Notes: generated from the sequence alone by a model not told the origin. Shown: positions 34,942 to 44,055, numbered from the stretch's first letter. The stretch: 59,173 nt of DNA from Candidatus Scatomorpha pullicola (GCA_018716545.1 DVJU01000110.1:1-59173), one strand, 5' to 3'. Program-made: numbers and translations.

Positions 34942-35806
34942 TTTTCTTCACCTTGAGGCCTTTGACGGAGTCTATGATGCCGGCGACTCCGCGCTTTTTC
35001 GGCTGACCGTCGGCGTCCGGGATAAGCTCGGAGCGCAGGATTTTGCCGAACGTTTCAGGTGTGAGATGGCGCTTGAGCATGCCGTCTATGGCGATGGATA
35101 TGGAGCCGGTCTCCTCGCTTACTATGGCCACGACGGCGTCGGAGTGCTCGCTCACGCCTATGCCGGCGCGGTGGCGCATTCCGAGGTCGGAGCTGAGCGA
35201 GGCGTTCTTGGAAAGCGGTAGCATACAGCCTGCGGCGGCAAGCCTTCCGTCCCTGACTATGACGGCTCCGTCATGCAGAGGCGAATTGACAAAGAAGATG
35301 TTTCTCAGCAGCTCGCTGGATATCTCCGCGTTGACGATGGTGCCGGTGAGTATGGGGTCGTTAAGACTGCTGGTTCTCTCAAAGACTATCAGGGCGCCGG
35401 TCTTGGACTCGGACATGCTGGCGCAGGCCAGCACGGTCTGGTTGATTACCGCCTCCATCGTCGCCGGGTCGGTCGGCGCGCCGAAGAAATAGGCGAACTT
35501 GCCGCTGCCCATGCGCTCGAGCAGGCGGCGTATCTCGGGCTGGAAGATGATGAATATCGCAATCAGTCCCAGCTCCACTATGCGCTGGAACAGAGAGCTT
35601 ATCATCTTGAGGTTCAACAGGTCGGAAACCACCAGCACCAGCAGTACGAATACGATGCCCCGTGCAAGACGGATGGCGTTTGTACGCCTGATGAGACCTA
35701 TGCAGCCGTAAATAAGCGCAGCGACAAGGAGCACATCGACGATGTCGGATATGCTCATAGTCAGCAGATATGTTATGCCGTTGGAAATTACTTCAGATAT
35801 ACCCAT
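34919..35806 (-). CDS. cdaA: Diadenylate cyclase CdaA
   Basis: Three N-terminal TM helices and DAC-domain motifs 'LHDGAVIV', 'GMRHRAGIG' and 'VVAIVSEETGSIS'. Confidence 0.9.
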   Translation of the reverse strand: MGISEVISNGITYLLTMSISDIVDVLLVAALIYGCIGLIRRTNAIRLARGIVFVLLVLVVSDLLNLKMISSLFQRIVELGLIAIFIIFQPEIRRLLERMGSGKFAYFFGAPTDPATMEAVINQTVLACASMSESKTGALIVFERTSSLNDPILTGTIVNAEISSELLRNIFFVNSPLHDGAVIVRDGRLAAAGCMLPLSKNASLSSDLGMRHRAGIGVSEHSDAVVAIVSEETGSISIAIDGMLKRHLTPETFGKILRSELIPDADGQPKKRGVAGIIDSVKGLKVKKNDKEENK

Positions 35807-35874
35807 GGGCTTGTCCCCTACGATTCAATGCGCATTGCCCCGCCTGCCCGGCGAGGCGCATGTCAATTCATGAT

Positions 35875-35903
35875 ATTATACAATACGAGAGCGAAAATAG
35901 CAA
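35875..35903 (-). promoter_or_regulatory. Sigma-A promoter for cdaA (TTGCTA-17-TATAAT)
   Basis: The hexamers are read on the minus strand, about 70 nt upstream of the ATG. Confidence 0.55.
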
Positions 35904-35962
35904 GGCGAAATTATGTAGACTTTGGCTCGGCGGTTTGTATAACTCGCTCTGCTGAAAACGCG

Positions 35963-35997
35963 GCGTAACGGTACCGCCCAGAGCGGTACCGTTACGC
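35963..35997 (-). terminator. Terminator after the aminotransferase gene
   Basis: 15-bp perfect stem GCGTAACGGTACCGC/GCGGTACCGTTACGC with loop CCAGA. Confidence 0.7.
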
Positions 35998-36000
35998 TTC

Positions 36001-37128
36001 TCACATATCGGCGAGCGCTATTGCTCGCTGCATAAGAGACGGCACGCGGCGTATCTCCTGGATGTTGTTGAACGGCGACACGCTCAGCCTCACCGTGCCC
36101 GTCTCTATCGTCCCCGCGCTCTCGTGGGCGAATGGGGCGCAGTGCAGTCCCGCGCGGACACAGACGCCCAGCGCGCCCAGCGCCGAGCCCAGCTCCTCGC
36201 TCCCTATGCGCTCGTGCCTCACCGAGAGAACCCCGGCCTGCGCGCCCTCGTCTCCGGCGAGGAACACCTCCAGCCCCTGCACGCTGCGCAGCTGCTGAGC
36301 CAGCGTCCGTATCAGGCGGCGCTCGTGCGCCTCGATCGAGGTAAGGCCGCGCCGGCGGATGTACTGTACGCCTGCGAGCAGCCCGGCGATGCCGGGGATG
36401 TTGTGCGTCCCCGCCTCCAACCTGTCCGGCAGGAAGTCGGGCATGGCCTGCGAGCGGCTGTTCGAGCCGGTTCCGCCCGCCATCAGCGGCTGAACCTCCC
36501 GGCGGCAGAGCAGCACGCCGGTGCCCTGCGGCCCCAGCAGCCCCTTGTGCCCGGGCATGGCTATGAACTCTGCGCCCAGTCTCCCCATGTCCACCTCGAG
36601 CACGCCCGCGCTTTGCGAAGCGTCAAGGACAAAGGGCACCGAGTGCTCGCGGCAGAGCGCGGCAATGGCGTACACCGGCAGTACGAAGCCAAATACGTTC
36701 GAGACGTGGGTACACACCACGCATTTTGCGCCCGGTATGGCTTTCCGGAAGCCCTCTATCGCCGCCTTGACGTCGAACAGCGGCGTGCGCACAACGTCCA
36801 GCTCAGCGCCCAGCATGGTCAGCGGGCGCGTCACCGCGTTGTGCTCCCAGCCGGAGACGACCACCCGGTCGCCCATGGACACGAGCGAGGAGAGAGCTAT
36901 GTTCAGACCGTGCGTGGCGTTCATGGTGAACACTACGTTCTCTGGTGAAGGCGCGTTGAAAAGCTCGGCCAGTGCGGCACGGCACTCGTATGCCTTCTCG
37001 GCCGCGAGCATGGCCGGGCGGTGTCCGCCTCTGCCGGGGCTGGCCATGGTTCTCATCGCTGCGACCATCGCCTCGGCGACAGCCCGCGGCTTTTGGAGCG
37101 TGGTGGCCGCGCTGTCGAGGTATATCAT
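36001..37128 (-). CDS. Class-V aminotransferase / cysteine desulfurase family protein
   Basis: 'IYLDSAATT', a PLP lysine context 'MPGHKGLLGP' and 'RAGLHCAP'. ATG at 37128 follows GGAGGTGG. The longer ORF to 37404 overlaps the upstream gene. Confidence 0.8.
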   Translation of the reverse strand: MIYLDSAATTLQKPRAVAEAMVAAMRTMASPGRGGHRPAMLAAEKAYECRAALAELFNAPSPENVVFTMNATHGLNIALSSLVSMGDRVVVSGWEHNAVTRPLTMLGAELDVVRTPLFDVKAAIEGFRKAIPGAKCVVCTHVSNVFGFVLPVYAIAALCREHSVPFVLDASQSAGVLEVDMGRLGAEFIAMPGHKGLLGPQGTGVLLCRREVQPLMAGGTGSNSRSQAMPDFLPDRLEAGTHNIPGIAGLLAGVQYIRRRGLTSIEAHERRLIRTLAQQLRSVQGLEVFLAGDEGAQAGVLSVRHERIGSEELGSALGALGVCVRAGLHCAPFAHESAGTIETGTVRLSVSPFNNIQEIRRVPSLMQRAIALADM

Positions 37129-37379
37129 CGCGCCACCTCCACGTATCTGCCGTCCGGCTCGGCGCGGTAAAGCTTGCCGTAGGCCGCGTTGACACGGTTG
37201 AGCACGTTCAGCGCGCTCTGGAAATGGCGCTCGGCCACGCGGATGCAGTAGCCGCAGCCGTTCCCGGTCAAGCCCTGTGGGGCGCGTGAGATGGACGCAG
37301 TTATCCCCGCGCGCTCCAACGCCGAATTGGCGCGCTGGGCATAGGTCAATGAGCGGCACATGATCAAATAGCGCTGCAT
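37125..37379 (-). CDS. DUF3343-family protein (putative S/Se carrier-like)
   Basis: 84 aa, 'LIMCRSLTYAQRANSALERAGI...GCGYCIRV'. Its stop overlaps the desulfurase start (ATGA). Confidence 0.6.
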   Translation of the reverse strand: MQRYLIMCRSLTYAQRANSALERAGITASISRAPQGLTGNGCGYCIRVAERHFQSALNVLNRVNAAYGKLYRAEPDGRYVEVAR

Positions 37380-37454
37380 AAAACATCCTCCGCATAAAAG
37401 GCATTGAAGGTAAACCCTAGAACATTCTATGCAGCGCCCCGGCTTTTGATAGCC

Positions 37455-37937
37455 CTACGCTCCGCGCGTATGTATCAGCGCCACGGCGTGGGCGGCGATG
37501 CCCGCGCCCTCGCCGGTGAAGCCGAGTTTTTCCTCAGTCGTGGCCTTAACGCTTATCTGGGCGGCGTCCACGCCGGCGGCGCGGGCGATGTTCCCGCGCA
37601 TCAGCTCTATGTGCATCGCGAGCTTAGGCCGCTGGGCGATGACCGTGGAGTCCACGTTCCCCAGCTCGTACCCGGCTTCGCGCAGGGCGCGCATGACCTC
37701 GCCCAGCAGCTCCAGGCTGTCGGCTCCGGAGTAGCGCTCGTCCGTGTCGGGAAAGAGCTTGCCTATGTCGCCCAGCGCGGCCGCGCCCAATATGGCGTCC
37801 ATTATCGCGTGGACAAGCACGTCCGCGTCGGAGTGGCCGAGCAGGCCGCGCTCAAACGGTATGTCCACCCCGCCCAGGATGAGCCTGCGGCCTTCCACCA
37901 GGCGGTGCACGTCGTATCCGTGGCCTATTCTGAACAT
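37455..37937 (-). CDS. ispF: 2-C-methyl-D-erythritol 2,4-cyclodiphosphate synthase
   Basis: '[11 protein letters not shown]', '[11 protein letters not shown]' and '[10 protein letters not shown]'. Confidence 0.95.
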   Translation of the reverse strand: MFRIGHGYDVHRLVEGRRLILGGVDIPFERGLLGHSDADVLVHAIMDAILGAAALGDIGKLFPDTDERYSGADSLELLGEVMRALREAGYELGNVDSTVIAQRPKLAMHIELMRGNIARAAGVDAAQISVKATTEEKLGFTGEGAGIAAHAVALIHTRGA

Positions 37938-38653
37938 CAGTCCTCTCCCCTCTCCGCAAGTATCGCCTCGGCGGCGTAGACGTCCGAGGGCGTTGTGAGC
38001 TTTAGGTTCTCCTCCGAGCCTTCGGTGAGAAAGACCTCGGCGTCCAGAAGCATCACCGCCGCGCAGTCGTCAGTGAGCGAGATCTTCAGCCGGGCCGCGT
38101 CGGCCAGCGCCGCGCGTATCAGGTCGGCGCGGAAGACCTGCGGCGTCTGCATCAGGTACAGCTCGTCGCGCTCCAGCGTGCGCAGCACGCGGCCGCCACG
38201 TGCCTGGCGCACCGTGTCCTTCACATGTATGGCCGGGGCGGCGGCTCCGCGCTGCTGCGCCGCCCTGACGGCGTTTTCTATTATCTCCTGGGTCACCAGC
38301 GGCCTGGCGGCGTCGTGTATGGCGATGAGCCCCGCGTGCTGCGAGCACTCCTGCACGCCAGCCCAGCTTGACGCGGTGCGGTCGGCTCCGCCGGTGACGA
38401 CGCTCTTGAGCTTGCGAATCCCCGCCTCGCGCGCGATGTATGCAACCGTGGGAATTATCTCGCCGCGCGTCACGACGACTATCTCGTCTACGTACGCGCT
38501 GCGCTCGAAGGCCGCGAGCGTGCGCTCTATCACAGGCCGGCCGCGCAGCTCCATCAGCAGCTTGTCCGTGCCCATACGCGTGGACGAGCCGCCGGCCACG
38601 ATAACCGCAGAACAAAACAGGCGGTCTGCGGCGTTTTTCGCTTTATTTCGCAT
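37937..38653 (-). CDS. ispD: 2-C-methyl-D-erythritol 4-phosphate cytidylyltransferase
   Basis: '[12 protein letters not shown]', 'IHDAARP' and 'QTPQVF'. It overlaps the ispF start by 1 nt. Confidence 0.9.
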   Translation of the reverse strand: MRNKAKNAADRLFCSAVIVAGGSSTRMGTDKLLMELRGRPVIERTLAAFERSAYVDEIVVVTRGEIIPTVAYIAREAGIRKLKSVVTGGADRTASSWAGVQECSQHAGLIAIHDAARPLVTQEIIENAVRAAQQRGAAAPAIHVKDTVRQARGGRVLRTLERDELYLMQTPQVFRADLIRAALADAARLKISLTDDCAAVMLLDAEVFLTEGSEENLKLTTPSDVYAAEAILAERGED

Positions 38654-38777
38654 GGTAAGTACCTCTTTTGGCTTGATACGGCCATTATACAGCGCCGCGC
38701 GCCTCTTTGTAAAGCGCGCGGCGGTATATGTCAGGATACGGCTGTTTGCGAGCCTCGGCGCCGCCGGTCACAGGCGT

Positions 38778-39788
38778 TCAGGGCAGCTCCAGGCTCTTGA
38801 CGGCCTGAGACCAGCTTATGGCCTCTACGTAGCCGTCCGCGTCAAACTCGAAGGAGACGTTGGAGTACATGTCAGTGAAGGACAGCGTCAGACTGCCGTC
38901 TTCGCTCACCGCCAGCATGCCCCTGCAGCTCTCTATGCCGTCGGTGCCATAGAGCTGTACTTCACCGGTGAGATCTGCTATTTCAACCGCCTCGCCGGGG
39001 AAGCACTCCAGCACGTCGCTGACCGCGGAGCCTATCTTGACGCCGCGTATGTCCGGTATGTTCTCAGGGTCGGTGGCGCGCACGGACCAGAGCGTTATGT
39101 CGCCGCTGAACGAGGTCGCGCCCGGGGTTATCTCCATGCCGTTGTACAGATAGGTCTCCTCGCCCGTCTGCTCCAGGCCGGGCAGAGCCTCAAACTCCTC
39201 GGCGGTCATGGTCGGAGGAATGGGCAGCTCGGTCTCGTCGTTGTAGGGCATGTCGCGGAACGCCTCCAGCGCTGCGTCCTCGGTCACCCGTTTGAAGCCT
39301 GCGGGCATCTCCGTGCCCTCCTCCAGACCGGTGTAGGCGACCGTCAGCGAGTCGCCGTCGACGCTGACGGAGGCATTCCCCGCCACGGTGCCGCTGATTT
39401 CAAAGCTGCCGCCGCTGTAGTCGGCTGCGGAAAAGCTGCCGCACATGAGGTCGCGCTCAGTTCTGCCGCCGGAGCGGACTTCGGCGTGGAAGTCGTACCA
39501 GCACTTGAGCTGCATGACGCCGTCTTCATCCGTCGCGGTGAGCATCAGCGCCTTGCCCTCGTCCCCGTAGGCGTCGGCGAGCCACCAGCTGTCCGCCTCA
39601 AAACCGGGGTCGGGCAGGGCGAACTCCACGGGAACCGCGTTTGATTCCGGCGTGGGCGACGGCGTCGGAGACTCGGTCTGCGCGGGCGTCGCCTCAGGCG
39701 TGGGCGCGGCCGTGGGTGTGACCGACGGCTGAGCCGTGCAGGCCGTCAGCATAAGTATGACAAGCAGCAATGGGATCATACGTTTCAT
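38778..39788 (-). CDS. Lipoprotein of unknown function
   Basis: 'MKRMIPLLLVILMLTAC' lipobox, a Pro/Thr-rich linker, then about 290 aa that I do not recognise as any family. RBS is GGGAGG. Confidence 0.7.
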   Translation of the reverse strand: MKRMIPLLLVILMLTACTAQPSVTPTAAPTPEATPAQTESPTPSPTPESNAVPVEFALPDPGFEADSWWLADAYGDEGKALMLTATDEDGVMQLKCWYDFHAEVRSGGRTERDLMCGSFSAADYSGGSFEISGTVAGNASVSVDGDSLTVAYTGLEEGTEMPAGFKRVTEDAALEAFRDMPYNDETELPIPPTMTAEEFEALPGLEQTGEETYLYNGMEITPGATSFSGDITLWSVRATDPENIPDIRGVKIGSAVSDVLECFPGEAVEIADLTGEVQLYGTDGIESCRGMLAVSEDGSLTLSFTDMYSNVSFEFDADGYVEAISWSQAVKSLELP

Positions 39789-39824
39789 AGCAATACCTCC
39801 CGATTTATACTTCTCTGGGTATGC

Positions 39825-39866
39825 AAAAGGGACGGGGAAACCGTCACATTTGTTCCCGTCCCTTTT
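39825..39866 (-). terminator. Terminator after carD
   Basis: AAAAGGGACGGG...CCCGTCCCTTTT hairpin immediately downstream of the carD stop. Confidence 0.65.
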
Positions 39867-39877
39867 GCGTGTGCGCC

Positions 39878-40360
39878 TTATGAGCACATGGCACTGTCCA
39901 ATCTGGCCTCGACTTCTTCATAACTGGAGCTCTCGGAGAGGACTATCTCGGAAATGAGTATCTGCTTGGCCGAGTGGAGCATCTTGCGCTCTCCCGTGGA
40001 GAGGCCGCGCTCTCTGTCCCTCTGAGTGAGTCCCTTTACAACGGATGCGACTTCCATCAAATCGCCGCTTTTTATGCGGAGCATATTCTCCCTGTAGCGC
40101 TTGTTCCAATTCGACGTCATTTCCACGTGTATGCCCGGAATCGCGCCCAAAATGGCCTCTGCCTGTTTTGGGTCGACAATAGGCCGCACGCCTATGACGT
40201 CGCTGGTCTCAACCGGCACCATGACCTGCATACCGCCGGTCGGGAGCTTGAGGACATAATACTCCCTGTCCATCCCGTTGATTCTCTTGGTCACGATGCT
40301 CTCGATAACTCCGGCACCGTGCATCGGATGAGCTATCCGGTCGCCTACCCGGAATGTCAT
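39878..40360 (-). CDS. carD: CarD/CdnL-family RNA-polymerase-binding regulator
   Basis: 'FRVGDRIAHPMHGAGVIESI......EYYVLKL' N-terminal Tudor-like domain. Confidence 0.85.
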   Translation of the reverse strand: MTFRVGDRIAHPMHGAGVIESIVTKRINGMDREYYVLKLPTGGMQVMVPVETSDVIGVRPIVDPKQAEAILGAIPGIHVEMTSNWNKRYRENMLRIKSGDLMEVASVVKGLTQRDRERGLSTGERKMLHSAKQILISEIVLSESSSYEEVEARLDSAMCS

Positions 40361-40410
40361 TTTAACCTCCGTTTCCCTCAAAGTTGCTCAACACATTCAT
40401 TATCGTATAA

Positions 40411-40439
40411 ATTATACACCGTTTTTGAAGATTAAGCAA
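40411..40439 (-). promoter_or_regulatory. Sigma-A promoter for carD (TTGCTT-17-TATAAT)
   Basis: The hexamers are read on the minus strand. Confidence 0.6.
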
Positions 40440-40473
40440 GGAAAATCGGAAGAATAACCGGCAAAATACATGT

Positions 40474-40510
40474 AAAAACAGCGCCGGATACGCAATCCGG
40501 CGCTGTTTTT
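40474..40510 (-). terminator. Rho-independent terminator after ispH/rpsA
   Basis: 12-bp stem ACAGCGCCGGAT/ATCCGGCGCTGT, flanked by A5 and T5. Confidence 0.85.
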
Positions 40511-40518
40511 GAACACTT

Positions 40519-42738
40519 TTATTCTTCTTCGTCGTCGAAGCCGAAGTCAGGGATGTTGCCCTTGGCCTCACCGGTCTCGCTGACCTCGTAGACGAGGGCG
40601 TCCTCCTCGGGGACGACGGGACGGCGCTCGCGCGGCTCGCGGGGCTCACGCTCGCTGCGCTCGCGGCGCTCACGGCGCGGAGCCGGTTCCGGCTCGCTCA
40701 GAGCGCGGATGGACAGGCTGATCTTCTGCTTCTCGGTGTCGATGGCGGTGATCTTCGCGTCGACAACGTCGCCCACGCTGAGAACCTCGTCGGGCTTGCC
40801 GATGCGGCGGTTCGCAATCTGGCTGATGTGGATCAGGCCGTCAACGCCGGGCATGACCTCGGCAAAGGCGCCGAAGGGCATGAGCTTGACGATCTTGACC
40901 TTGACCACGTCGCCGACAGAGCAGGTGTTGACGAACTTGGTCCAGGGGTTGTCCTCGGCCTTCTTGTAGCCAAGGGAGATGCGGCGCTGCTCACGGTCGA
41001 AGCCGATGACATAAACGTCTATCTCCTGGCCGACGGAAACGACCTCGGCGGGGTTCTTGATGCGACCCCAGCTGAGCTCGCTGACGTGAACCATGCCGTC
41101 AATGCCGCCGATGTCGACAAAGGCGCCGTAGCTGGTGAGGCTCTTGACAACGCCGTGGTAGACCTTGCCGACCTCGATCTCGTTCCAGACGGCCTCGGCC
41201 TTCTCGCGGCGCTCCTTCTGCAGGACGGCACGGATGGAGCCGACGACGCGGCGGCGGCCGCGGTTGACCTCGGTGATCTTCAGGCGGACAGTGGTCTTGA
41301 CCAGCTGGGTCATCGGGGTGTCCTTCGGCAGTCCGCTCTGGCTGGCGGGCACGAACACGCGCACGCCGCCGACGCTGACGACAACGCCGCCCTTGTTCTC
41401 CTCGGTGACAACGCCTTCGACTATCTCGCCGTCGGCCTGAGCCTGCTCGATGACCTGCCAGGTCTTAGCGGCGTCGAGACGCCTCTTGCTGAGCTGCGCG
41501 GTGCCCTCGACGTCATTGACGCGGACGACAATGGCCTCGACCGTGTCGCCGACCTTGACGGCGTCCTCAACGTTGACAGCGCCGTCGTTGGTGAACTCAG
41601 TAGTCGGGATGAAAGCGGAATACTTAGTGCCGAGGTCAACACTCACCTCGGTGGGCGTGATAGCCACAACTGTGCCGGATACCCTGTCGCCATTATATAT
41701 AGTTTTAAGAGAATCCTCCAGCAGTTCATCGAAGCTCTTTTCGGCCGCAGGCTTCTCGGCGGCTGCCGCTTCTTCAGCAGCGGGTGCGGCTTCCTCCGCG
41801 GCAGCGGTCTCAACAGCCGCTTCGGTCACGGGTTCGGCCTGCTCGACTGCGGTTTCCGCAGCCTCATCTGCCGGGTTCTCTTGAATCAGGATCTCGTCGC
41901 TCATCTTATCCAGTACCTCCTTGATTATCCACGCAGGCGCGCTTGCCCCTGCTGTGACTCCTATGGTGTCGGCTTTGGAAAGCGCAGGCATGTCCAACGC
42001 CTTCGCATTCTCTACGAACTGAGTGTTGGCGCAGCGCTCGGCACACAGCTCGGCAAGGTGCAGGCTGTTGGCGCTGTCCCTGCCGCCGATGACAACCATC
42101 GCGTCACATTCAGAGGCCAGCCGAATGGCCTCCTGTTGCCTCGTGGACGTAGCAGAACATATTGTATCAAATATTTCCGGATTTGTACACAATTTTTTTA
42201 TTAATTTTTCACACTCGCGAAGATTTTTCTCCGTCTGCGTCGTTTGAACAACAACTGTAACAGGTTCTGAGCGCATTTCGGGGTGCGCATTCAGCATAAT
42301 TTCCAGTTCCTGTGCGTTTCCGACAACTTTCGCACCCTCGCACCTGCCGCAGATGGCCTGTACCTCGGGGTGGTCGGCCTTGCCGATTACCACGACCTGC
42401 CTGCCGGCGGCGGAGGCCGCGGAGACCAGACGGTGTATCCGCGCGACGTTCGGGCAGGTCGCGTCGGTTATCTCGGCGCCGGCGGCGCGGAGAGCGTCCT
42501 CACACTCGGCGGAGACTCCGTGGGAGCGGATAATGACCCTGTCCCCCGGCCTGACCTCCTCCGGCGAGGAGATGACGGTCAGTCCGCGCTCCGAGAGCGA
42601 GCGCACCACGTCTTCGTTGTGAATGAGCGGCCCCAGGCTCAGGCAGGGACCTTGCTTCAGCAGTTCATCCGCCATCTTGACGGAGCGGGACACGCCGAAA
42701 CAGAATCCCGCGCTCCCGGCTACTATAACTTTGCTCAT
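40519..42738 (-). CDS. ispH: Bifunctional 4-hydroxy-3-methylbut-2-enyl diphosphate reductase (IspH) / ribosomal protein S1
   Basis: The N-terminal ~280 aa are IspH ('GFCFGVSRSV', 'GPLIHN', 'TCPNV'). An Ala/Glu-rich linker follows, then four S1 (OB-fold) repeats. ATG at 42738; the 853-aa ORF extension overlaps plsC. Confidence 0.9.
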   Translation of the reverse strand: MSKVIVAGSAGFCFGVSRSVKMADELLKQGPCLSLGPLIHNEDVVRSLSERGLTVISSPEEVRPGDRVIIRSHGVSAECEDALRAAGAEITDATCPNVARIHRLVSAASAAGRQVVVIGKADHPEVQAICGRCEGAKVVGNAQELEIMLNAHPEMRSEPVTVVVQTTQTEKNLRECEKLIKKLCTNPEIFDTICSATSTRQQEAIRLASECDAMVVIGGRDSANSLHLAELCAERCANTQFVENAKALDMPALSKADTIGVTAGASAPAWIIKEVLDKMSDEILIQENPADEAAETAVEQAEPVTEAAVETAAAEEAAPAAEEAAAAEKPAAEKSFDELLEDSLKTIYNGDRVSGTVVAITPTEVSVDLGTKYSAFIPTTEFTNDGAVNVEDAVKVGDTVEAIVVRVNDVEGTAQLSKRRLDAAKTWQVIEQAQADGEIVEGVVTEENKGGVVVSVGGVRVFVPASQSGLPKDTPMTQLVKTTVRLKITEVNRGRRRVVGSIRAVLQKERREKAEAVWNEIEVGKVYHGVVKSLTSYGAFVDIGGIDGMVHVSELSWGRIKNPAEVVSVGQEIDVYVIGFDREQRRISLGYKKAEDNPWTKFVNTCSVGDVVKVKIVKLMPFGAFAEVMPGVDGLIHISQIANRRIGKPDEVLSVGDVVDAKITAIDTEKQKISLSIRALSEPEPAPRRERRERSEREPREPRERRPVVPEEDALVYEVSETGEAKGNIPDFGFDDEEE

Positions 42739-43370
42739 GCGCTCTCTCCGTCCCTCAGCTCGTATATGCGCTCCATGATGCCGTCGGCGAGCTGCTCGTA
42801 CTCGTTGTGGTTGTGTCCCTCCACACTGTACGGCTCGCCTATCAGGAGCTGCACACGCGAGAACAGCTTCTTGCGCCTCGGGATGTAGACGGGCACGATG
42901 GGCGCGTTCATCTTGCTGGCCAGACGCACGGCTCCGGTCTTGGCGTCTACCATGTTGTCCTCGCCGGTGCGCGTGCCCTCGGGGAACATGAAAATCTTGT
43001 CGCCGCGCTTGAGATAGCGCATCATGGAGCGCATCGCGCCTATGTCGCTGTGGCCGCGGTTGACAAAGCACACGCCGCACAGCTCCAGCACCTTGCCGAC
43101 GACCGGCACGCTCCTCAGCTCAAGCTTGGCGATGAAATGCATGAAGGTCTTTTTGCCGAAGGCGGCGGCGACCAGAAGCGGGTCCACCAGGTTGGAGTGA
43201 TTGGCGCACACCACGGCCGGCCCCTCGGGGATGTTCTCCCTGCCCTTACAGCGGATGGGGTATATCAGCTTGACAACGGGGATGACAATTGAATAGATGA
43301 AGTTGAACCAGCGCTTTTCGTCCTCCGGCTTCTGAGTGCGCTGCTTGGTCTTCGTATTGTTCTCAGTCAC
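42735..43370 (-). CDS. plsC: 1-acyl-sn-glycerol-3-phosphate acyltransferase
   Basis: 'CANHSNLVDP' (HxxxxD) and 'MFPEGTR' motifs. Confidence 0.85.
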   Translation of the reverse strand: MTENNTKTKQRTQKPEDEKRWFNFIYSIVIPVVKLIYPIRCKGRENIPEGPAVVCANHSNLVDPLLVAAAFGKKTFMHFIAKLELRSVPVVGKVLELCGVCFVNRGHSDIGAMRSMMRYLKRGDKIFMFPEGTRTGEDNMVDAKTGAVRLASKMNAPIVPVYIPRRKKLFSRVQLLIGEPYSVEGHNHNEYEQLADGIMERIYELRDGESA

Positions 43371-44055
43371 AGGCCTTCACCCCCAGTCTGTCGGATATGA
43401 GGCGGCAGACGGCGTCTATGCTCTCGGCGAGCGTGAGCGCGCTGGTGTCGACCTCGACGGCGTCCTCCGCGCGCCTGAGCGGCGCTGCGGAGCGGCTTGT
43501 GTCGCGCTCGTCGCGCTCGGCTATCTCGTGCAGGACTTCCTCCAGCGTCGTATCGCAGCCGGCGGCAAGCAGCTCCGCCAGGCGCCGCTCGGCGCGCTTG
43601 GCGGGGCTTGCGGTGAGGAACACCTTCAAGTCCGCATCGGGGAGCACCACTGTGCCGATGTCGCGGCCGTCCATTATGACGCTTGTGCTCGCGGCCAGAG
43701 AGCGCTGCATGTCCAGCAGGAAGCCCCTCACCGAGGGCATGGCGGAGACTTCGGACGCGCGCCGGGAGATTTCGGGCGTCCGGATAAGCCCGGAGACGTC
43801 CTCGCCGTTGAGCCACTCGGTCTGCACTCCGCCGCCGTCGCGGCCGAGCGTGATGTCCAGCTTGGGCAGCAGCGCCTTAACGGACGCCTCGTCGCCGGCT
43901 TCAAAGCCGCAGCGCTCCACGGCCAGACCTACAGTGCGATAGATCGCCCCGGTGTCCACGTACAGGAAGCCGAAGCGCTTTGCCGCGGCGCGGGCTATAG
44001 TGCTCTTGCCCGCGCCTGAGGGGCCGTCTATCGCCACCGAATAATTACCTTGCAT
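43363..44055 (-). CDS. cmk: (d)CMP kinase
   Basis: '[14 protein letters not shown]' and 'YVDTGAIYR'. Confidence 0.95.
   Translation of the reverse strand: MQGNYSVAIDGPSGAGKSTIARAAAKRFGFLYVDTGAIYRTVGLAVERCGFEAGDEASVKALLPKLDITLGRDGGGVQTEWLNGEDVSGLIRTPEISRRASEVSAMPSVRGFLLDMQRSLAASTSVIMDGRDIGTVVLPDADLKVFLTASPAKRAERRLAELLAAGCDTTLEEVLHEIAERDERDTSRSAAPLRRAEDAVEVDTSALTLAESIDAVCRLISDRLGVKACD

Noticed and set aside
37995-39644. A 549-aa plus-strand ORF, together with similar long antisense ORFs at 40828..42204, 54573..55895, 56758..58005, 45055..46170 and 33892..34914.
   Set aside because: All are antisense to confidently identified genes (ispD and the lipoprotein, ispH/S1, clpX, tig, rpiR, cdaR). 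They lack SD sequences and have low-complexity compositions.
40519-43080. The 853-aa version of the IspH/S1 ORF, and similarly the 467-aa version of the desulfurase-like ORF (36001..37404). Both N-terminal extensions could suggest extra domains.
   Set aside because: The extensions are Arg-rich and overlap the upstream genes (plsC and DUF3343) in another frame. Internal ATGs with good SDs coincide with the conserved family N-termini (MSKVIVAGSAGFCFGV and MIYLDSAATT).
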